Source of the DNA: Actinomycetota bacterium
GTDB lineage: Bacteria; Actinomycetota; Actinomycetes; Actinomycetales; Microbacteriaceae
Direction: 5' to 3'
Length of the DNA: 39,147 nucleotides
Assembly (NCBI GenBank): GCA_009699665.1
Contig: WLNS01000001.1
Coordinates: 1 to 39,147, forward strand
Of the stretch, positions 34,146-39,147 are shown piece by piece. The position numbers were made by a program, and so were the translations under genes. Each line of letters opens with the position of its first letter. Position 1 is the stretch's first letter. The notes beneath the pieces are model-generated. The model had not been told where the DNA came from. It searched no databases and saw only the letters and a list, made by a program, of their open reading frames with translations.

Positions 34146-34304
34146 TTAGCCTAGGGGGCGCTTCAGATACGAAACAAGCCCACCCTCGGGTCCGACCACG
34201 ATCTGAACGAGTTCCCATCCCTCGTCTCCCCACGCGTTGAGAACGGCTTGTGGATTATGGATCGTCAGGGCAACTGTGGCGTACTCCCACTTCAGGGTGT
34301 TCAT
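34146..34304 (-). CDS. DUF4177 domain-containing small protein (52 aa; below the ORF-track length cutoff)
   Basis: Manual translation gives MNTLKWEYATVALTIHNPQAVLNAWGDEGWELVQIVVGPEGGLVSYLKRPLG. AGGAGG lies 5 nt upstream of the ATG. The W.Y......LN..G.EGWELV motif and adjacency to RidA match the conserved actinobacterial pair. Confidence 0.7.
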   Translation of the reverse strand: MNTLKWEYATVALTIHNPQAVLNAWGDEGWELVQIVVGPEGGLVSYLKRPLG

Positions 34305-34354
34305 AAGGCCTCCTCTTAGCGTGTTCCCAGTCTTCGACGGGTAATCTAGAGTCT

Positions 34355-36946
34355 ATGTTTGCCAAGCTACGCGAAAAGCGACTTCGGTCTGGTGCTATCG
34401 CCGGAGTCACCACCTTTATTGGAATGAGCGCCATCGCCGCGGTCTTGGTTGCTGCCTCTGCAACGCCGGCTATCGCACTTGCCGGCCTCACGGCAAACAG
34501 CACCTTGGGCATCTTCGACAATCTGCCCAACTACCTTGAAATCGGTGACCTCGCTGAGAAGTCTGAGATCTACGCGACCGGTACCGACGGCAAGCCCGTT
34601 CTGCTCGCTACCTTTTATGCACAAAACCGCGAAGACGTTAGCCTGTCGCAGATCTCGCCTTTTATTCAGGACGCCGCCATTGCCTCTGAAGACCCGCGCT
34701 TCTATGAACACGGTGGCGTAGATCTCTACGGAACCGTGCGCGCCATTCTGTCGAACACCCTCAGCGGCTCCACTCAGGGTGGCTCATCCATCACACAGCA
34801 GTACGTCAAGAACGTCCTTGTGCAAAAAGCCGAAGCCATTGCCAACCCCGTCGCGCGCAAGAAGGCTTATGAGGAAGCAACGCAAGTCTCTGTCGACCGC
34901 AAGCTCAAAGAAATTAAGCTGTCTATTGGGGTTGAACAAAAGTATTCGAAAAAACAGATTCTCGAGGGCTACCTCAACATCACGCCCTTTGGTGGACGCG
35001 TGTATGGGGTGCAGGCGGCCGCTAAGTATTACTTTGGAAAGTCGGCGAAAGATGTCTCTGTTGCCGAGGCGGCTTCGCTTATCGCCATCATCAACAACCC
35101 CAGCGCTTACCGTCCAGACCTCGAAGAAAACATTTCTGACAACCAGGCGCGCCGGGACTACATCCTTGCTCGAATGCTTGAAAACAAGAAAATTACGCAA
35201 AAGGAATATTCCGCTGCGGTTGCCTCGCCGGTCACCCTCACTTTGACCGAAGCATCGACGGGTTGTCAGACGGCTCCTTTCGGCGCCGCCTACTTCTGCG
35301 ACTACATCACGTGGGTCATCAAGAACGACGAGGCTTTCGGCAAGACCGAAGATGAACGCTGGACGGCATTCCAGCGAGGTGGCTGGAAGATCTACAGCAC
35401 ACTGAGTCTGCCGCTGCAACAGGCGGCCTCGGGCGCTGTCTATGGAAATATTCCGACAGTAGTTCCTTGGGCAAACGTCGCCGGTGCATCGGTTTCTGTG
35501 CAAGTAAACACGGGCCGAATTCTGGCAATGGCGCAGAGCAAGGACTACACGAACGATCCCGAGCTTGCGGCCACCGGCGGAAACTTTACGTCGATCAACT
35601 ACAGCACTGACAAGAATTACGGCGGATCATCTGGTTTTCAAGTGGGGTCGACATACAAAGCCTTCACGCTCGCGCAGTGGCTGAAAAGCGGACGTGGTTT
35701 GGGTGAGATGGTTGACCCGCGTGAGCGACCCCTTCAGATGAATAAATTCCGAGATAAGTGCCTCGGCGTCGGCGGTGCCGACTGGAAACCCAAAAACAAC
35801 TCAGGAACATATGCGGGTCCCGTTTCGGTGCTTCAAGCAACTACCGATTCGATAAACCTGGCTTTCCTGTCGATGGCCATGAAGCTCGATCTGTGCGATA
35901 TCAAGCTCACCGCTGAGGCCTTCGACGTTCACCGCGCCGACGGAAATCCGCTGGGCGAATCGCCCTCAGACGTCTTGGGCACCCAGGAAATATCTCCCCT
36001 CACGATGGCTACGGCCTATGCCGGAGTGGCCAACCAAGGCCGCGTCTGCACCCCCGTTGCCATCGACAAGATCGTTGATCAACACAACGTGCAGCTCAAG
36101 GTGCCACAGACAAAGTGCACGCAAGCCGTGACCGCTGACGTCGCCAATGCGATGGTCGTCGCCCTCAAAACACCCATTGCGAGCGGAACCGCCACCGAGT
36201 CAAATCCGCGCGACGGCATCCCCATCATCGGTAAGACCGGAACAAACGACAACTTCAATCAAACATGGATTATCGCATCCACCACGAGTGTTGCAACCGC
36301 CGTATGGGTGGGCAATGTTCAAGGCTTCTTTGACGTTCGAAACGGATCGCTCAATAACGGATCGGCGCGAGTCACGCGTCACGCCATCATGAGAGCCGTC
36401 ATGACAGTGGCCGACCAATTCTTTGGTGGAGTCGACTGGCCCGGGCCTCCCTCAAATCTCATGGGTGGCAGGAATGCCGTTGTTCCCGACGTGTCAGGGC
36501 TCACCCTTGAAGAGGGCGTGAAGCTTCTTGAGAGCGTCGATCTTGCCGTAGACGGCAGCTGTGGCACAATCGATGGCGCCAAGGCCAGCGGTCGCATTGA
36601 GCAGACTGTTCCGGCCGTCGGCACGACGCTACCCACGGGAACCGTGGTCAACATTTGTTTGAGTAATGGACTTCTCGTTACCGGTCCGCCCAGCGTTATT
36701 GGTCAAACCGAGGCCGCGGGAAGTGCCTTCCTGCTGAGCAAGGGTTGGGTCGTCAACGTGGTTTACGCGGCCGCGCCGACATGTGGCGGAAGTGGGGGCG
36801 GCGGTTCAACCGCAACACCCACACCGACGCCCACGCCCACGCCGACCGCGTGCCCGAATCCGAACCAGGGAAAGATCATCAAACAGTCTCCAAATGGTGG
36901 TTCGGCCCGGGCCGGTGCCACCGTGCGATTGACGGTTCAGCAATAG
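34355..36946 (+). CDS. Class A penicillin-binding protein (transglycosylase/transpeptidase) with C-terminal PASTA domains
   Basis: GT51 motifs EDPRFYEHGG and GGSSITQQ. Transpeptidase motifs STYK, SIN and KTGT. Two PASTA-like units at the C-terminus plus a TPTPTPTPTPT linker. Confidence 0.9.
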   Translation: MFAKLREKRLRSGAIAGVTTFIGMSAIAAVLVAASATPAIALAGLTANSTLGIFDNLPNYLEIGDLAEKSEIYATGTDGKPVLLATFYAQNREDVSLSQISPFIQDAAIASEDPRFYEHGGVDLYGTVRAILSNTLSGSTQGGSSITQQYVKNVLVQKAEAIANPVARKKAYEEATQVSVDRKLKEIKLSIGVEQKYSKKQILEGYLNITPFGGRVYGVQAAAKYYFGKSAKDVSVAEAASLIAIINNPSAYRPDLEENISDNQARRDYILARMLENKKITQKEYSAAVASPVTLTLTEASTGCQTAPFGAAYFCDYITWVIKNDEAFGKTEDERWTAFQRGGWKIYSTLSLPLQQAASGAVYGNIPTVVPWANVAGASVSVQVNTGRILAMAQSKDYTNDPELAATGGNFTSINYSTDKNYGGSSGFQVGSTYKAFTLAQWLKSGRGLGEMVDPRERPLQMNKFRDKCLGVGGADWKPKNNSGTYAGPVSVLQATTDSINLAFLSMAMKLDLCDIKLTAEAFDVHRADGNPLGESPSDVLGTQEISPLTMATAYAGVANQGRVCTPVAIDKIVDQHNVQLKVPQTKCTQAVTADVANAMVVALKTPIASGTATESNPRDGIPIIGKTGTNDNFNQTWIIASTTSVATAVWVGNVQGFFDVRNGSLNNGSARVTRHAIMRAVMTVADQFFGGVDWPGPPSNLMGGRNAVVPDVSGLTLEEGVKLLESVDLAVDGSCGTIDGAKASGRIEQTVPAVGTTLPTGTVVNICLSNGLLVTGPPSVIGQTEAAGSAFLLSKGWVVNVVYAAAPTCGGSGGGGSTATPTPTPTPTPTACPNPNQGKIIKQSPNGGSARAGATVRLTVQQ

Positions 36947-36951
36947 TCCCC

Positions 36952-38004
36952 GTGACGAACGTCGCGCGCACCATCGGCCTGGGCCTGGGGCTCGTGGCCG
37001 GAGGCGCGCTCGCGTGGGGCACTTTGGTTGAGCGTCGCCTGTACACAGTTCGGTCGCAGCAGGCTCGCATGCCGGGCCTGAATGCAGCCGCCGTGCGAAT
37101 CCTTCACCTGTCAGACTTGCATTTGGCGCCGTGGCAGCGAGACAAGGTGGCATGGATTCGCCGGCTCGCCGAGCTTAAGCCTGACCTTGTCATTGTGACC
37201 GGTGACTTCATGGGTCACCCCGACGCCCTCCCGCAGGTGCGCCACGCCCTCGAGGTCTTCGAGGGAACCCCGGGAGCATTCGTCTTCGGATCAAACGACT
37301 ACTTTGCCTCAAAGTTAAAGAATCCTTTCGGATACTTTTCGGGGCCATCCCGCGTCAAACGGAATCCCCAACGTCTTGACACCGAGGCACTGCGCCAGTT
37401 CTTGGTTGACGACCTCGCCTGGGTCGACCTCAATAACACTGCCGGTCGAATGACCGCGAACGGAGTAGACATCGACCTCGTCGGAGTGAACGATCCCCAC
37501 ATTCATTACGACCGCTGCGATGCCGCCCTGGAGGCCCTCGAAGACCTGCGCACGGCAGACCACCCACCCCAGCTTTCTTCTGATGAAGAGTTGTTGGGCT
37601 CGCCGAGCGCACATGTGACCATCGGCGTAACGCACGCGCCCTATCAGCGCATCCTCAACGCTTTCACGTCAAGTGGTGCCGAGTTGCTTCTTGCCGGACA
37701 CACACACGGTGGTCAGGTCTGCGTGCCGGGCTTCGGCGCGCTGGTGACGAATTGCGATATTCCCCGCAAACAAGCCAGCGGCATGTCGCACTGGCAGGCG
37801 GGCGGAAAACGAGCCGTGCTCAACGTGTCTGCCGGATTGGGCACGTCAATCTATGCGCCCGTTCGATTCGCGTGCCCACCGGAGGTCACCGTGATTGATC
37901 TGAGCGCAGAGTCAGCCCTCGCGGGCGACTCAAACCCGGCGGCAGAACGAAACCTGGCCTCACAAGTGCAGCCCCACCCTGGCCGGCGAGCAAGCCGTCG
38001 CTGA
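36952..38004 (+). CDS. Metallophosphoesterase (calcineurin-like), membrane anchored
   Basis: N-terminal TM helix, then ILHLSDLHL, VTGDF and GHTHGG motifs. I prefer GTG at 36952, just after the PBP stop. The ORF-track start at 36745 overlaps the PBP gene. Confidence 0.85.
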   Translation: MTNVARTIGLGLGLVAGGALAWGTLVERRLYTVRSQQARMPGLNAAAVRILHLSDLHLAPWQRDKVAWIRRLAELKPDLVIVTGDFMGHPDALPQVRHALEVFEGTPGAFVFGSNDYFASKLKNPFGYFSGPSRVKRNPQRLDTEALRQFLVDDLAWVDLNNTAGRMTANGVDIDLVGVNDPHIHYDRCDAALEALEDLRTADHPPQLSSDEELLGSPSAHVTIGVTHAPYQRILNAFTSSGAELLLAGHTHGGQVCVPGFGALVTNCDIPRKQASGMSHWQAGGKRAVLNVSAGLGTSIYAPVRFACPPEVTVIDLSAESALAGDSNPAAERNLASQVQPHPGRRASRR

Positions 38005-38034
38005 GGTTCCCCCGTATACTTGCACTTGCCTCAT

Positions 38035-38111
38035 CGGGGTGTGGCGCAGCTTGGTAGCGCGCGTCGTTCGGGACGACGAGGTCGCAGGTTCAATTCCTGT
38101 CACCCCGACCA
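38035..38111 (+). tRNA. tRNA-Pro (anticodon CGG), CCA encoded
   Basis: Manual cloverleaf: acceptor CGGGGTG/CACCCCG, D stem GCGC/GCGC, anticodon stem CGTCG/CGACG with loop TTCGGGA, and T arm GCAGG-TTCAATT-CCTGT. Confidence 0.9.
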
Positions 38112-38113
38112 AT

Positions 38114-38148
38114 GTGAAATGCCGATCCTTCATGGGTCGGCATTTCAC
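38114..38148 (+). terminator. Long hairpin immediately 3' of tRNA-Pro (possible terminator or processing element; no U-tract)
   Basis: GTGAAATGCCGATCC-TTCAT-GGGTCGGCATTTCAC, a 15-bp stem with one mismatch. Confidence 0.4.
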
Positions 38149-38425
38149 ATTGGTCGGGGAGGGCTGATGTGCACCTGCGAGCAGGTGGGCCCACCGGTTC
38201 GAAGCGCCAGTAAGTCACAGCATCGCTGTGACAGGCCCTGGCGCTGAGCCGTGGGGACAAATCCTGTCACGCACCGCGTTGACCGGATGCAACGTCGAGC
38301 CGTGCGGCGCACCCCGACCAACGAGCCGAGTGGGGCAGGCACCACTAGACAAAACGACGGAATTTGACCCGTCGCTAACCTCGAGTCACAAGAACCGTGT
38401 GATCAGTGACGAGGTAAGAAAGTCC

Positions 38426-39052
38426 ATGAACAGAAAAGTTATTGCGGCTGCAAGTGCAGTCCTCGGATTAGCAGCCACTGTGTTTGCAGTCAGTCCTGCG
38501 TGGGCTGACGAAACAGAGGGTTCCGCCAGTACTTATTCGACACCTGCGGGTTCAAGTGTGACGTTCACGGTCACCAACCACACCGACCCCGCAGATTGGG
38601 ACTGGTGTGATTTAGAAACGGGACCCGGCTTTGGCATGACGCTTTTGTTCTCCGCAAATATCGGAGGGGCCGACTTTGTGTTGCCAACTGGCTCAGACGG
38701 GCCGGGCGATCCGGGCGCCGGTTCCTTCACGTGGAGCGCAGCGCCTTCCGAGACTGAATCCGTGACAGTGACCATTCCCGCTGATGCCGTTCCGGGAACC
38801 TATGAAGTGACCCTCGGCTGTGTCACGCCAGGCCCCGCCTATCTTCACCCACTTGATGTAGCGCGACCCATCGATTTTGAGATTACCGCCCCAGCGCCAG
38901 CGCCAACGCCAACGCCAACGCCTGATTCCGAATTGCCCAACACGGGAGCTAGCGCCAGCACAGCTCTTATTGGTGCGGGCATCGCCGGTATCGCACTTGT
39001 GGCAGGTGCCGGAGCTGCAGCACTGCGCCGTCGGGTCACCGCGAAGAAGTGA
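38426..39052 (+). CDS. LPXTG cell-wall-anchored surface protein
   Basis: Signal peptide (..FAVSPAWA/DE), a domain of about 140 aa with unknown function, and a PAPAPTPTPTP linker. The sorting signal is LPNTG plus a hydrophobic helix plus RRRVTAKK. ATG at 38426 follows GAGG. The ORF-track start at 38228 has no support. Confidence 0.8.
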   Translation: MNRKVIAAASAVLGLAATVFAVSPAWADETEGSASTYSTPAGSSVTFTVTNHTDPADWDWCDLETGPGFGMTLLFSANIGGADFVLPTGSDGPGDPGAGSFTWSAAPSETESVTVTIPADAVPGTYEVTLGCVTPGPAYLHPLDVARPIDFEITAPAPAPTPTPTPDSELPNTGASASTALIGAGIAGIALVAGAGAAALRRRVTAKK

Positions 39053-39090
39053 TTTTAGCCGTATCAATTCCCGCCACGTCGCGAAAGAAG

Positions 39091-39147
39091 GTGACCCCTG
39101 TGCGTTCTCTCCGGCTGGTTTTATCATTCATTGGTGCCGCTCTGGTC
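39091..39147 (+). CDS. Start of an ORF with an N-terminal hydrophobic segment; possibly a sortase, given the adjacent LPXTG substrate (truncated by the window)
   Basis: GTG 39091 reads VTPVRSLRLVLSFIGAALV... Only 19 codons are visible, so the function is a guess from context. Confidence 0.25.
   Translation, partial: MTPVRSLRLVLSFIGAALV

Noticed and set aside
34255-34530. 91-aa minus-strand ORF bridging the DUF4177 gene and the PBP start.
   Set aside because: It overlaps the N-terminus of the PBP gene antisense and the DUF4177 CDS out of frame. It has no RBS, and the 52-aa DUF4177 ORF with AGGAGG explains the region better.
1-39147. Screen for CRISPR arrays, IS elements or transposases, integrases, toxin-antitoxin pairs, restriction-modification genes and other recognisable defence genes.
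   Set aside because: I saw no regularly spaced repeat-spacer array, no DDE/tyrosine/serine recombinase motifs, and no small adjacent two-gene cassettes. The only repeats present are the short elements reported above.

Overview
This is a high-G+C actinobacterial chromosome segment. Gene content and synteny look Micrococcales/Microbacteriaceae-like, but no taxon can be proven from the window.

Left part, about 1-22.8 kb: accessory-looking catabolic and envelope genes.
- A 7-gene minus-strand operon: GMC oxidoreductase, LDH/MDH-like, MoaF-like, SnoaL-like, amidase, TetR, VOC.
- A homoprotocatechuate meta-cleavage cluster: FAH-RraA fusion, GntR, DapA-family aldolase, hpaE, hpaD.
- An LAxTG-anchored surface protein with calcium-binding-type repeats.
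- A membrane-anchored HIRAN-domain protein.
- An AraC / aldehyde dehydrogenase / benzoylformate decarboxylase module.
- An FAD oxidase, an MMPL transporter and a nitroreductase.

Right of tRNA-Thr, 22.8-38.1 kb: a conserved actinobacterial core block.
- CopC, holB, tmk, topA.
- A Tad-like 'helicase/secretion neighbourhood' pilus cluster.
- A 6C-type small RNA, which I call from structure.
- acs, RidA, a 52-aa DUF4177 gene missing from the ORF track, a class A PBP with PASTA domains, a metallophosphoesterase and tRNA-Pro.

The window ends with an LPXTG protein and the start of a probable sortase.

I found no CRISPR array, transposase, integrase or recognisable defence system.

The most noteworthy items:
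- The 6C sRNA sits directly upstream of a reduced Tad cluster that has a single fused TadB/TadC ORF and no Ssd/CpaE.
- The FAH-RraA fusion lies in a non-canonical hpa cluster.
- A short dispersed intergenic repeat family (GGYYGAGTAGGC...GCCGTATCGA) is present.
- The HIRAN protein has two C-terminal transmembrane helices.

All functional calls rest on motif recognition by eye. No database search was run.
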